Made by a program: the position numbers and the translations under genes
Assembly (NCBI GenBank): GCA_043228905.1
Contig: JBHGNT010000009.1
Coordinates: forward strand, 20,336,001 to 20,400,000
DNA from: Azolla caroliniana
Lineage: Eukaryota > Plantae > Polypodiophyta
Direction: 5' to 3'
DNA: 64,000 bases
Shown here: positions 1 through 13,050 of the stretch, in pieces
Numbering within the stretch: position 1 is the stretch's first letter
How the letters are laid out: each line of letters begins with the position of its first letter
The notes under the pieces: generated by a model
What the model was told of the DNA's origin: nothing
Database searches by the model: none
Seen by the model: only the letters and a program-made list of their open reading frames with translations

Positions 1-202
1 CGTGATACAAGGAGATACTTGTAGCGCGAAGTAACTCAGGGTGTTTATACACAGAAACAAGCAAAAGCAACCTTCCAATGCCTCGTGAGGAAGAAGACGA
101 GATTTTATTGAGCTAAATTTGAAGATAATTTGTATTGCTTGTTTCTAGGGCAAGAAAGTAAAAGAGCACAAAACATGTTTAATGAGAGGCAACCTACCAC
201 AC
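1..202 (+). mobile_element. RTE/RTEX-like LINE (family A), upstream part of an old copy split by a Copia insertion
   Basis: Colinear with the LINE copy at about 50862-51063. The sequence resumes at 7196-7260 after the Copia element (caacctac-CACAC-aacttttctcacc). Confidence 0.8.
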
Positions 203-360
203 TGTTGGAGGGTGGCAGCTCCAGGCCTTCACTCTTTTTCATCTTCATTATCTTTGTTCTACATTCTCTCTCTTCCTAGTTTCTTCTCTCTCTATAATTT
301 GCAACTCTTTAAATGCCTTCTCTCTCTAGAATCTGCAACGCTTTAAATGCCCTTTCTCTC

Positions 361-2065
361 TTTTTGTACGGACAAAGGTTTGTCAATCAACATGAATAAA
401 ACTAAAGTGATGGTGTTTAACACCACCCAAGCATGGGTAACAAGATCAGAATCAGAATTCTTCTTGGGAGAGGAAAAGGTAGAATACACACGCTCCTACA
501 CATACCTAGGAGTAACATTTACAGGACCTAGGTTCTCCTTATAGGAGGCCGCTTGTGCTCGACTTTCTCATGCATATGCAGCCCTTGGTGCTCTTGAGAG
601 ACAATGTGCACATTTGCAGTTCCAAGAGCCACAGACTAAGCTATGGTTATTTGATACACTTGTCACACCAACTCTTCTCTATGGAGTAGAGACATGAGGA
701 CCGAGTCTTAAGGCAAATCATTGGAAAGATTTAGAGAGACCTTTAGTGTCAATGATTGCTCGCATGATAAGGAGCAAAGCATCGGTGCCCCATGATATAA
801 TCCGGGCAGAGATGGGAGCAACACCTATAATAACCGAGGTGTTGTTCTAATCAGTGACATTTATCCAACGTCTTTGGGAGCTCCCTAAACGAAGGTACCC
901 AAGGTTGGCACTTATGTCATCAAAACAACTGGCTGAAAATGGACACTCATTGTTGGTATGCTCAAATGCAGCAATGGTTTGAGTCACATGGCATGAGTAT
1001 AAATGCCCTACCCCCGTTCCAATATAGCTTGGACTGTCCCCATCTAAATATGACCAAAGTGGAAAAGAATAGAGTGATCCGAACTGATATTATTAACTTG
1101 GAAAACAAGATAACATGGATCAGCCCCAAAATACCACTTGGTACAAAGATGGCCTACTATAAGACACACTTCTTACATACATCGGAGGATGGATTTGTCA
1201 TCAGGCCACCTTATATGGACATACATCTATCCTATGCGCTGTGTAGTGTGATAGGGCAGCTAAGAACTTCATCACATCAGCTACAGATTGAGGTAGGCAG
1301 ATATACACGACTACCTCTAGAAGAGAGAATTTGCCAATTGTGTCATCAAGGAGTGGAATTTGAGGAACACTATGTTTGTCATTGTAGTGTCTTTTATGAA
1401 ATCAGAGGGAGATACCATTGCCTCTTTAAACAAGGCTTTGGCCCACTACGCAAAGTAATGGAATATGAGGACCAACAATGCCTAGGACTTTTCTTGCTAG
1501 AGCTCAAGAGACATCAGGAAAAGTTGTTGAAGAATACAGCCACACAAGCTCATCCACAAAGAACAATCGCAACTTTCTTTAGCCCCATCACTCCTACTAA
1601 TCCTACAAGTCCATCACGGGATACACAAATGGGCTCCAGACCAGGACATAACGAAGGGGTTACAATCGATCAGGCAATGGCAATTTGCCGTGCATGTAGG
1701 CCTCGGTCCCATGGACCACGACCTCGACACCCTTGTCATCGACAGATAAAAGCCATTATCTCCTGTCATCGTAGGTGCTTCCCTCGCTTCGGAGACATTT
1801 CCATTTTGGATCGACCTATGCTAGAGATCTTCGGAAGACAAAAGCTACAATATACCTAACTTGAGGATCTCACATGTGCCAAAAACCAGATTCCCTCATT
1901 TCTTTTCATTTCATGTTATTTACTTTTATATTTACTGTGTAATATTTATTTTATTTTGATTTGTTCTCAAAGACGAGACAACACTTAATATGCAATCTCT
2001 TATTTGGTCTTATAGGCCATTTTGGCCTCTTAAAAGACGTTAATATATCTTTCTTTCTTTCTTTC
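361..2065 (+). mobile_element. 5'-truncated RTE/RTEX-like LINE (family A) inserted in the Copia-1 5' LTR
   Basis: RT C-terminus (KTKVMVF, YTYLGVTF), zinc-knuckle region LRTSSHQLQIEVGR..CQLC..EEHYVCHC, 3' hairpin and (CTTT)n tail. Absent from the 3' LTR. Closely matches 51980-53480. Confidence 0.9.
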
Positions 2066-2642
2066 TTCCACTTGGAAAATCACTTTTTTCCAAGATATTC
2101 CCTCTTATTCCTAGTTTATTGTACCTGTTTGGTAGTACAAGAGTCACTTAACTACCAAACAACCATTTCACCCACTTTCCCCAATTTTGTATAAATAGGC
2201 CATACCAGTCTCTTTTGTAAAAACTTTTACATTTGTTGCTACTTAAAAACAAGCTCTACTCTTTGGCTGTGTCTATACTCTTTGCAACCATTTTATCTAC
2301 TGCTGTCTAGCAGCCTTCTCACAACTTGGCTGTGTCTATTTTGTTCTAACAACTGTTCCGCTGCTGCTATTAACAACTTTTCTCATATGGTATTAGAGCA
2401 GTGAGGTTTCCATATCCTTAGCCTGATTTTTTTTGCCAAAGAGCACATAGAACTATCTTCTTTTATCCCTCCCTCCCAACCCTATAGAGGAGGTTCTCTT
2501 AGCAGCCACCCTCCCAACCTACAGAGGAGGTTCTTTTTTCTTTTCCCCGCATATGAGCCTCACCTAGCATCTAGGGAGGAGCCTGCGCATCTACTTACAT
2601 CTGCTGCAAATTGTCTAGTTGTAGCTCAAGAGGAGGATATCC

Positions 2643-5600
2643 ATGGCCTCACATTCCACCATTGTTTCATCAACCATTCCCCAACTCCCCAAAGAGTCCA
2701 TCTTAATTGGGAACAATTACTTGGATTGGGAATTGGAAATAAAGACCGTGCTACAGTACCATCGTCTATGGAATGTAGTCAGTGGTAGTGACAAGAAACC
2801 ACCGGTAACTTCATCCTCTTCAACCAAATCAGTTGCTGGCTCATCTGACGCTGAGATTGAAGCTTGGCTAGATAAGGATTCTCGTGCTCATGCTTTCCTC
2901 ATGTTTAATATTAAACCGAGCATTGCTCGTCAATTTCAAGATACCTATGAAGAGACAGCCAATGAACTATGGGCAGCCATCAAAAAGAGGTATCATCGAG
3001 CTAATCATGCTCAAATGATAGGTATTGAGAGCCAACTAGCAAATCTCAAGATTCATGACACTCCCAACATCATGGATCCAATAACGCAATTTGTTACTCT
3101 CCAAAAGGAACTAGTTTCTTTGGGAAACAAGTCAATTGAAATTGAGTTTGTGAGTCGTCTAATGATAAAGTTGCTTGAGTCATTCTCAGCCTTTTGTAAC
3201 ACAATTTCTCTTCTTCCCAACACACTTGATATGAATACATTTCTTGGCATGCTACAAGATAGGGCAACGAGGAAGAAAAGTGCTCAAACTTCCAATGAGA
3301 CGCTTCTACATGCGAAAAGTAAAGGCAAGTGGTAGCAAAATGGCAACTCTTACAACAAACCCAAGACAAGACCACCAAACACCCAGCCTACAAGGAGCTC
3401 ACTTGTCATTATTGTGGATACGAAGGTCACATTCAGCCCAACTGTCGGAAAAAGAAGAGGGACAATGCCAAGAAATCTTCTTCTACCGAAAGTCAACCTA
3501 CACCAAAATCAAACTCGGTCCACTCAGCCAAAGAAACCGTTTTCCTTGGCATTGAGGAACATTCTTCACATTTGGTTGGACCAACTATCTCAACCATTGA
3601 TGAGTGGTTAGTAGATAGTGGTGCCACTACACACATGACTTATGACAAATCCATTATGCATGATGTGAAGCCTAGCTCCTCCCAAATCTCCATAGGAGAT
3701 GCCTCAAGCATTGAGGCTTCGTGTGTGGGTAATGTGTTTCTTAACACTTCTTCAAATGACGAACCTACCGTTCGTCAAGATGTGCTACATGTGCCTCACA
3801 TCTTTGCCAAACTACTTTCGTTCTACCGAATCATTAAGCAAGGTTATGATGTCTACTTTGATAGCTCAATTTTGGAAGTCATTGACACCAACAACCTACA
3901 AATTGTAGCTAGTGGCACACAAGAAGGGGGTTTATATTGCCTGAAAAGTTCCCATAGCCCATTGGAAAAATCCAAATCTCATCTTCTTCATCTTCTTCAA
4001 GGCTCTCTCATGCCTTGGTGGCACAAGTAGATCCCACGTTGTGGCATGCTAGGTTCGGTCACCTCAACTACGTTTCTCTACAAAAGCTCTCCTCTTCACA
4101 ACTAGTTGAGGGTCTGCCTATTTTCAAAACTCCCAATACCCCATGTGTTGCTTGTCTTCATGGCAAGCAACATCGAGAGCCTTTCCCTCATGAAGCCACT
4201 CACCGTGCAACATCTATCGTGGAGTTAGTGCACATGGATCTTTGTGGTCCCATGAAAACCACTACTCTTGGTGGTGCAAGCTCATGCTTATAATTGATGA
4301 TTTCTCCCGCAAGGTTTGGGTTTATTTTCTTGTAGAGAAATCTCAAGCCTTCACCAAATTGCAAGAATGGGTAGCCCTTGTTGAGAATGAGACATCAAAG
4401 AAAGCTCGAAACATCAGTTTCGACAATGGTGGAGAGTTTATCTCCCAAGCTTTCCACCATTTTTGCTCTCAATGAGGCATTGCTCGCCAATTTTCTACAC
4501 CCAATACTCCTCAACATAATGGTGTTGTGGAGAGGAAGAACCGGACAGTCCAAGAGATGGCTCGTACAATGCTATCTCAATCTGATATCCCTCGCTTGTT
4601 TTGGGGTGAAGCTGTCAACACGGTAGCCTACATCATCAACTGCTGCCCAACAAAAGCAATTGCTGCAATGACCCCTGCAGAAGCATTTACAGGTGTAAAG
4701 CCCTCAGTTTCTCATTTTAAAGTCTTTGGTTGTGATGCTTATGTTCACATTTCAGATCATAAAAGGACTAAATTTGAGTCCAAAACCAAGAAATGCAAAT
4801 TTCTTGGTTACAACACACAATCTAAAGCCTACAGGCTATGGGATTTAGAATCAAAGTCCCTAGTCATCTCTAGGGATGTTCATTTTGTGGAGTCTCAGCC
4901 AGATGACTCTAGGATTTCACCTGAGTTCACGGTTGAAATCCCAGCTCCTCTGGAATCTCCTATTTTAGATGAAGATGTCTCACCTTCAGGCCCCCCATCT
5001 CCAACAATTCAAACCTCTCTCAATTCCATTCGTTTCTGCTCCCAAGTGGCTTCAAGCCACCATTCGTGATTCTCATCTCTCCGATGCTGAACGTCATGAG
5101 TATACATCTGGTTCTCTGATCAACATAAAAAAAATAGGTAGGTCACAATGGCCTCTTCACTCATGCAACTTTGCCTTACTGTGCACTGTTGTGCAATCAC
5201 AAGAACCCACAACAGCAAAAGAGGCCCTTGTTCTTCCAAAGTGGAAAGCAACAATGGGAGTTGAACTTGATTCCATTGAGTGGAATCATACATGGGAGCT
5301 GGTTCCACAGCCTCAACATCGACAAGTCATTGGACTGAAATGGATTTTCAAGACCAAGTACCATGCTGATGGTACTTTGGATAAGCACCAGGCACATTTA
5401 TTTGCAAAAGGCTACTCACAAGTCGAAGGAGTGGATTACAAGGAAACTTTTGCTCCAACAGCAAGGTACACCTCCATTCGATGTGCGCTTGCCCTTGCTG
5501 CTCACAACAAATGGCCCATATTTCAAATGGATGTCAAGTTAGCCTTCCTTAATGGTGACTTGAAAGAGGAGGTTTATGTTGGACAACCTCTAGGTCTTGA

Positions 5601-6686
5601 GATTTCAGAGCAGAAAAACATGGTCTATAGGTTACACAGCCTTGTATGGCTTAAAGCAAGCTCCCAAAGCTTGGCATGACAAAATTGATACCTTCTTTCT
5701 CTCAATTGGGTTTAAGCATTGTTATGTTGACAACAATCTCTATGCCTTTTCCCAAGAAAATTTGCTATGCTTGATCATATTATATGTTGATGACCTTCTA
5801 ATTATAGGGTTCCTTGCTTCTAAAATCGAGGAGCTCTGTGCTGACCTCAAAACCACATTCGAAAAGACTAATCTAGGACTTCTCCATTACTTCATAGGTA
5901 TGGAGGTCTATGAATCACATGGTAGTATCTTCCTCTGCCAACATAGGTATCTCAGGCAGCTCCTTGAGACCTATGGCATGTCAAATTGCAGGCCACTCTT
6001 GTCCGATGGATCCTAACTCAAAGCTTCGTGAAGATGATTCTCCCATATTTGAAGATATCACCAAACATAGATGGTTAATTGGGTCTCTTCTTCACTTAAC
6101 TTACACCAGGCTTGATTTGTCCTATAGCGTGAGTATTCTTAGCCAATTCTCAAGTGCTCCGAGACAAAGTCATTGGCAAGCAGCTATTCGAGTTCTTAGG
6201 TATTTGGCCAACACACTTGACTATGGTCTCTCTTTTAGAGGCGGCATCGAGCTTGTTGGCTACTCGGATGCTGATTGGGCAGGTGATATTGATTCTAGAA
6301 GATCTGCATCTGGCTGTTGTTTTATGTTAGGTTCAGGCTTGATTTCTTGGAAATCAAAGAAGCAAAACTCAGTGTCTACTTCATCGACAAAAGCTGAATA
6401 TCCCGCCTACTTGGATACTTGTTGTGAGTTGCTATGGTTAATGCAATGGTTTTCTCACATTGTTGTTTTGCAAGACTCTCCTATTGCAGTTTTCACTGAC
6501 AGCCAAACTGCCCGTGCCCTGGCACATAGTTCAACATTTCATGGTAGAACAAAACATATCGAAGTGCACTACCATTTTGTTCGTGAATTAGTGAAATCAA
6601 AAGTCATCAACTTGGCATATTGTCAAACTCAAGAAAATGTGGTTGATTTATTTATTAAGCCACTTCCAAGGCAAGCCATTGATTAG
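2643..6686 (+). pseudogene. Copia-1 gag-pol, disrupted by stops and frameshifts
   Basis: Gag, CCHC knuckle (CHYCGYEGHIQPNC), protease WLVDSGAT, GAG-pre-integrase WHARFGH, integrase HMDLCGP/ERKNRT, RT YVDDLL, RNase H YSDADWAG..RTKHIEVHYHFVRE, spread over several frames. Confidence 0.92.
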
Positions 6687-6735
6687 CTCCTTGATCAACT
6701 CAATGTTGGACCACTGTTTTGGAGCTGAGAGGAGG

Positions 6736-7195
6736 TGTTGGAGGGTGGCAGCTCCAGACATGCACTCTCTTTCATCGTCATTATCTTTGTTCTACATTCT
6801 CTCTCTTCCTAGTTTCTTCTCTCTCTAGAATATGCAACTCTTTAAATGCCTTCTCTCACTAGAATCTGCAACGCTTTAAATGTCTTTTCTCTCTTCCACT
6901 TTTTTACAAGTTATTCCCTTGTATTCCTAGTTTATTGTACCTGTTTGGTAGTACAAGAGTCACTTAACTACCAAACAACCATTTCACCCACTTTCCCCAA
7001 TTTTGTATAAATAGGGTATACCAGCCTCTTTTGTAAAGACTGTTACATATGTTGCTACTTAAAAACAAGCTCTACTCTTTGGCTATGTCTCTACTCTTTG
7101 CAACCATTTTATCTACTGCTGTCTAACAGCCTTCTCACAACATGGCTATTTTGTTCTAACAACTGTTCCACTGCTGCTATTAACAACTTTTCTCA
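6736..7195 (+). repeat. Copia-1 3' LTR (460 bp)
   Basis: TGTTGGAGGGTGGCAGCTCC...TTTTCTCA. Matches 203-360 plus 2066-2385. Confidence 0.92.
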
Positions 7196-8097
7196 CACAC
7201 AACTTTTCTCACCTTAGGCGTGGCATTAATATGCAAAGGTACTATATGATATCCCAGGGCAGCCTCAACTTAGGTTGCCCTACTAGATGGACAAAACATA
7301 CTGCTAGTGCCAATCCTCAAGAGTGGACACCCCATGATGCTGAGCAACTAGAGTAAAATCATGATTGGCCATTACTGGGCTAAACCATATGGCTCTATCC
7401 TAGAGTCAGAATTGAGTATATTGTCAGAGCGGAATGGCTGCCGTTCAGATGGACAGGTAGGCTTTTGGAAGGGGTTCAATAATTTGGATCACGTATTGAC
7501 CCACCCTCTGAGACCTTATCAATGAGGGCAAAGCCCATAATAAGAGGATTTATTGCTGCTTTGTGGTTTCCGAAAAGCCTTTAACAATGTGCCTCAGTGC
7601 TTGGCTTATGCAATGGCTAGAAGCTTGTGGTGTCCCTATTGAAATGCAATGGGAAATCTATGCATTTTATGAATCCATGTCAGGAAAAGCGGTCTCCCAA
7701 TGGTTTGATGGAGGCTGTGGCTAACACAATTGGAGTAAAAGAAGGATGCCCACTATCACCCACCCTCATCGATCTCTACATAGATGAGGTGTCACATTAC
7801 ATAGATTCAGGGTTTGGGAGCATGCTAGCAGGTATGACCATGCAAATATTACTATATGCTGATGCTAATGTGCTGATTTTTGAATCTCCCGTGGGACTAC
7901 AAAGACATCTAAATCCTTAAATGTATATTATGCAGACAAAGGTTTGTTGATAAACATGGATAAACTAAAGTGAGAGTGTTTAACACCACTCAATCATGGG
8001 TAACAAGACCAGAACGGAAATTCTTCTTGGGAGAGGAAAAGGTGGCATACACACACTCCTATGCATACCTAGGAGTAACATTTACAGGATCACATCT
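7196..8097 (+). mobile_element. RTE/RTEX-like LINE (family A), downstream part of the old copy (decayed RT)
   Basis: GVKEGCPLSPTL..YIDE and LLYAD motifs. Colinear with 51060-52010, with many indels and stops. Confidence 0.85.
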
Positions 8098-8099
8098 CT

Positions 8100-9541
8100 C
8101 TATCATTGATGTACCTCCTGATGTAGATCCATTGTTGGATAATGTGGATCATTGAGTAAGAAGATCTACGCGTCCTAGGAGGGAACTGATAGATATGACC
8201 CCTCTATACATTACATTATGTTATCAGATGAGGGTGAGCCTCTTACTTCTAATGAGGCAAAACTTTGTGAGCACAAGAAGAAGTGGGAGTTAGCCATGCA
8301 AAAGAGGTAAAATCCTTGCATGCAAGTGATACTTGGGATTTGGTTGAGTTGCTCAAAAGTGGGAAGGCCATTCCAAACAAGTGGGTATACCAAATCATAA
8401 CTGTTAATAGCAAACCCAAGTATAAGGCAAGGCTGGTTGCTAAGGAATATGCCCAAAAGAGGGCATTGATTTCCAAGAGGTTTTCTCGCCAGTGGTTAAG
8501 ATGACCACACTATATGTCTTGTTTGTTCTCACATCCGCCATGGATTTGGAGTTATTCTAAATGGATGTTAAAACAGCATTTTTGCATGGTGATTTAGACA
8601 AAGATCTGTTCATGAAACAGCCAGAAGGACATGCCATTCCTGGAAAAGAGCATTTGGAATGCAAGCTGAAAAGGAGCTTATATGGGCGGAAACAGGCCCC
8701 CAGACAATGGTATAAGAAGTTTGATATATTTATACTCAAACATGGGTTCAAAAGAAGCCATGCAGACCATTGTTTGTACACTAAAAAGGATGAAGATGGC
8801 AGCCCAATTATTCTCGTACTGTATGTAGATGATATGCTGCTGACTGGGAAGTTAAAGAGCACTCTGAATGCTCTAAAACAGCAGCTGAACTCTACATTCT
8901 CAATGAAAGACCTTGGGGAAGCTGAGCATTTTCTTGGTATGAGAATAATAAGGGATAGGCAGCAATATATTTTGCATTTATCCCAAGAAAAGTACATTGA
9001 AGAAGTGCTGGACAGATTCAATTTGGCCGATGCCAAGCCTCTTGGAGTGCCACTGCAGCCACATGTTAAGATTTCCAAGGATGATTGTCCCAAAGATGAT
9101 GATGCAGACAATTACATGAAGAATGCTCCATATGCATCAGCTTGTGGTTCACTTATGTATGGCATGGTTGCCACTTGGCCAGACATTGCTCATGCAATTG
9201 GAGTTGTTAGCAGGTTCATGGCTAATCCTGGTAGAGCTCGTTGGGAGGCAATCAAATCTATCTTGAGATACTTGAAAAGGACCAAAGGTAAATCCCTATG
9301 TTATGGAAAGGGTCCATTAGAGTTAAAAGGATTTTGTGATTCAGACATGTCAGGTGATGTGGATACACGGAAGTCCACAAGTGGCTATGTATATACCCTT
9401 GCAGGTGGGGCTATTTCATGGTGCTTTAGAATTCAGAAGATAGTTGCACTATTTACTACAGAGGCTGAACATATTTCAGCCACAGAGACATTCAAAGAAG
9501 CCATTTGGTTAGCTTGCTTAAGCAGTGAGTTTGAGATTTAA
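8100..9541 (+). mobile_element. Copia internal fragment (RT-RNase H), no LTRs
   Basis: ORF 8561-9541: MDVKTAFLHGDL, LYVDDML, GFCDSDMSGD..RKSTSGY. Upstream frames encode KWVY..YKARLVAK. Confidence 0.88.
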
Positions 9542-9680
9542 ATTTAGTTTCTTATGTTGCTTTCTGAAACTATATTCTAATGGAAAATATGTGGATAGCG
9601 AAGATGCGTTTACTCAACCATTTCTTAATTCTGTGGATTTGTATATTGATGAACCATCGTTTTGTGTTTATTTTGTGTAG

Positions 9681-11255
9681 GCCCTGTACTTTTGTGTTCC
9701 ATTCAGAGATCATCTGTTGGAATATGGAAGCCACATCAAAGGGATAGGAGAGAGCGATGAAAATCTTCTTACATGCTTAGCAGAGCTATTTCTGCAGGTA
9801 ATGTTGTAACATAGTGAACTTGATTCCTTGCATCATAAATTTGACTCATTTTTAATTTATAGAATGCATATCATGTGCTGTACTTGAGTATTTTGTAGAA
9901 ACTGGATACTGTATGCTCATTTAGTTATTGGTGATGGAGTTTTCTCAAAGAACTGGACAACAAGAGAGAAGATGGATGCTTTGCTATAACTTACCTGCTT
10001 CACAAACTTCTAATTGACATTAGTTCCACTTCACTAAATTTCTTATATTGCATTAATAAAACAGATAAATAATCAGAAAAGGAAAACTGGAGTTATTGCC
10101 CCAAAACGTTTTGTACAACGTGTGAAAAAGCAGAATGAGCTTTTCCGCAGCTATATGCACCAGGTGCAGTTCTCTAATGATTTTCTATCTGAGGATCACT
10201 TTGAATCATTAGTGAATGCCTTTCTTCATCTTGTCGGATTTTTTTGACCTTTGCATTTATAGGATGCGCATGAGTTTTTGAACTATCTGCTCAATGAGCT
10301 TGTGGACATACTGGAGAAAGAAGCAAAAACGAACGGAGTAAAGACACCACATCAAGAGCAGGCGAACAATGGAATATCAAATGGATCCATTAATGGAAGC
10401 CAAGAACGGCCAATAACTACGTGGGTGCATAAGTTATTCCAGGTAAATCAGAGTTGTTTCGTCACCATTGCATTTTTTATAGAAACAATAGCTGACATGC
10501 TCACAAGGAGTGCATTGTTTTCAGGGCATATTAACAAATGAAACACGCTGTCTGTGCTGTGAGACAATAACAGCGAGAGACGAGACATTTCTAGATCTTA
10601 GCTTAGACATTGAGCAAAACAGCTCCATTACAAGTTGCCTTCGCAATTTCAGCTCTACGGAGACCCTAAATGCTGAGGACAAGTTCTTTTGTGACAAGTG
10701 TTGCAGGTAGGAGATATTTTTCTTGTGCTCATTACTAAATGGTCAAACTTAGGCACAGAATAGAATGAAGATCAAGGTTGCACCTTGGATTCTTATACTA
10801 GATTTGAAGATTTAATCTTATTTATTTATTTTCTTTTCAGTTTACAAGAGGCACAGAAGAGAATGAAGATCAAGGTTGCACCTCGAATTCTTGCATTACA
10901 TTTAAAGAGGTTCAAGTACATCGAGCAACTTGCAAGGTACAAAAAGCTATCATACCGTGTGGTGTTTCCATTAGAATTGAAACTCTGCAACACGACCGAT
11001 GACGCTCCCGGTTCTGAGGCTGAATATTCACTATTCGCTGTCGTGGTTCATGTGGGAACTGGCCCCAATCATGGTCATTATGTCAGCTTAGTAAAGAGTC
11101 ACAATTACTGGCTTTTCTTTGATGACGAGAACGTGGAGATGATCGATGAATCAGCAGTTCAGACATTCTTTGGCTCCACCCAGGAGTACACAAACAACTC
11201 TGAGCATGGTTATATTTTGTTTTATGAGCGAATGGATAAAAAAATTGAAGCCTGA
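9681..11255 (+). CDS. UBP3/UBP4: Ubiquitin-specific protease UBP3/UBP4-like (USP12/46 family), last 5 coding exons; the 5' exons with the Cys box lie upstream of the window
   Basis: GT-AG exons 9681-9797, 10065-10163, 10263-10442, 10525-10706 and 10841-11255 join in frame: [86 protein letters not shown] (His/Asp boxes). Confidence 0.93.
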
Positions 11256-12348
11256 TCTGCAAACATTTTAAACACATGTATGTATATAGAGTAGATTTTG
11301 AAAGGCAATGCCTGGGTTTCCTGCCATCCAAACACTTGATACAAGGCTGGATAATGTGGGTAGTTACACAAAGTCTATTCCTATACAATGCTTAATGTTA
11401 AGCTAGCTATGCCTCATTTTAAAGGGTCACAGACAAATTAAAGCGTTTGCTTTGATTCAGATCATAGTGGCTAAGATGGCGAAGAAGAGAGTTCTCACAT
11501 TATGTACATTGTTTTGGTATTAAAGAGGCTAGCTATAAGAAAAGCAATAAGAGATTTTGTTCTGAACTCTATTATGTTGTGAGTGGTGTGTTAAAATCAA
11601 ATGAATATAGCCTGATTAGAAAGAAGATTATGGATATGTGTGTGTTTGGAATTGTTGTGCATGGTACCATAAGTGCGAGGTGGGAGGAATTGATCCTTAG
11701 GAACACAAAGAGTATATTCCAATATGGAGGGTGGAAGAACATTCCTTTGGCGAGGTCACTCACCATTTATGAGGAGTACCTAGAACAATGTCAATACTAA
11801 TGTTGCACTAACTCACTCACATATAAGTAGAAAAGCATATGTTTATGTGACTGAATTGTTGTCTTGATTTTTCTAATGCATTCAATTGTTTTGTATCCAC
11901 AACGAAATTTAGGATTATGCGGAAGTGTTACACATGCTTTAATTCTCGTTCATCTAGTTGCAACTTATGTAGGGATTTAATGGATGGTTATAGTTATTAG
12001 ATGATACAATTGATTCCTTGTCAAGCTTTAAATGATAATGTAGAGTTGGTTTTTCGACAAAGCTATCCATTTATTTATGTGGTAGCTAAAGACTAAGACT
12101 ATAGCTAGGCATCAACAATGATTCATTTGAGTCTTAGTTTCAGTTTGCTAAAAAGAAATTGTAATTATTAATCCATTAGCCAAACCATGTCCCCATTTCA
12201 AATCATAACCAATCTGTTTGAGCAATTAAAGCATGAAACCAGTCCTTCATGGTTCAAACCAAGCCATCGTCTATTGCTAGCTAGTAGCTACAAACCCACT
12301 TTCAATACACTATTCCCTAAGCTTTCAATGTAGGTTTGAATGCGCATG

Positions 12349-12673
12349 CATAGTTGTTGAAAACGCATATTCTATGTTTTAGAATACTTTGAACTTTGAA
12401 GTATTCTACACATATCCTATGTTTTTGAACTTCTATTTTATACAATTTCACATATTCTACATATTCCAAGTTTTCGACGTAGTCTACATGTTTAATGTTT
12501 CAAAACAGTTTACATCATTTTAGAGTTAAAATTTTGTTTTTTAAACTTTCGATTTAAAGAAGTATTTAAGGTATTCATGTAATGATTTTATTTGTAAAAT
12601 ACGTATAGTTGTTTTTTTAAAAATTGTAGAATATTTCTATTGATGTTGTATGCTAAGTATTCTACAACAGGAG
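12349..12673. mobile_element. Possible old hAT-type MITE
   Basis: Imperfect termini CATAGTTGTTGAAAAC / GTATTCTACAAC, repeated TATTCTAC-like subterminal motifs, and flanks TGCGCATG / GGCACATG (6/8). Confidence 0.35.
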
Positions 12674-13050
12674 GGCACATGTGTATATAAGGCCACTCTT
12701 GTACAAGATAGGGTTGCAAACAAATATTCACAATGGTGAGGGTTGCTATAACGATGATGGAATAATACTTTACTTATATATAATATGTTGAGAGGGAGAT
12801 TAATGTGTGGTTAGTGCGAGTAGGTAGTGAACATGCCACCACTTGTTGGTGCTTTGCAATAACTTGTCTTTATGTGAGAATGAGAGAGGGGGTGAGCATT
12901 CCTAGTGATATCTCATGCTAAAAATTGTGACCAAGAGGAGACCAATGACTAATAAAAAGTTAATCGGCAACAAACCTCACACATTGATAAACCATTCCTA
13001 CAACGGATGATGTGCTCTTGCTAGTTCTAAAAAGCTTATAGTAGAAAGTA

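Larger units (their letters stand above)
203..7195 (+). mobile_element. Ty1/Copia LTR retrotransposon (Copia-1), full-length but decayed
   Basis: 5' LTR 203-2385 (TG..CA, interrupted by a LINE) and 3' LTR 6736-7195. TSD CACAC at 198-202 and 7196-7200. PBS TGGTATTAGAGC (tRNA-iMet type) at 2388-2399. PPT GAGAGGAGG at 6727-6735. Domain order gag-PR-INT-RT-RH. Confidence 0.95.
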
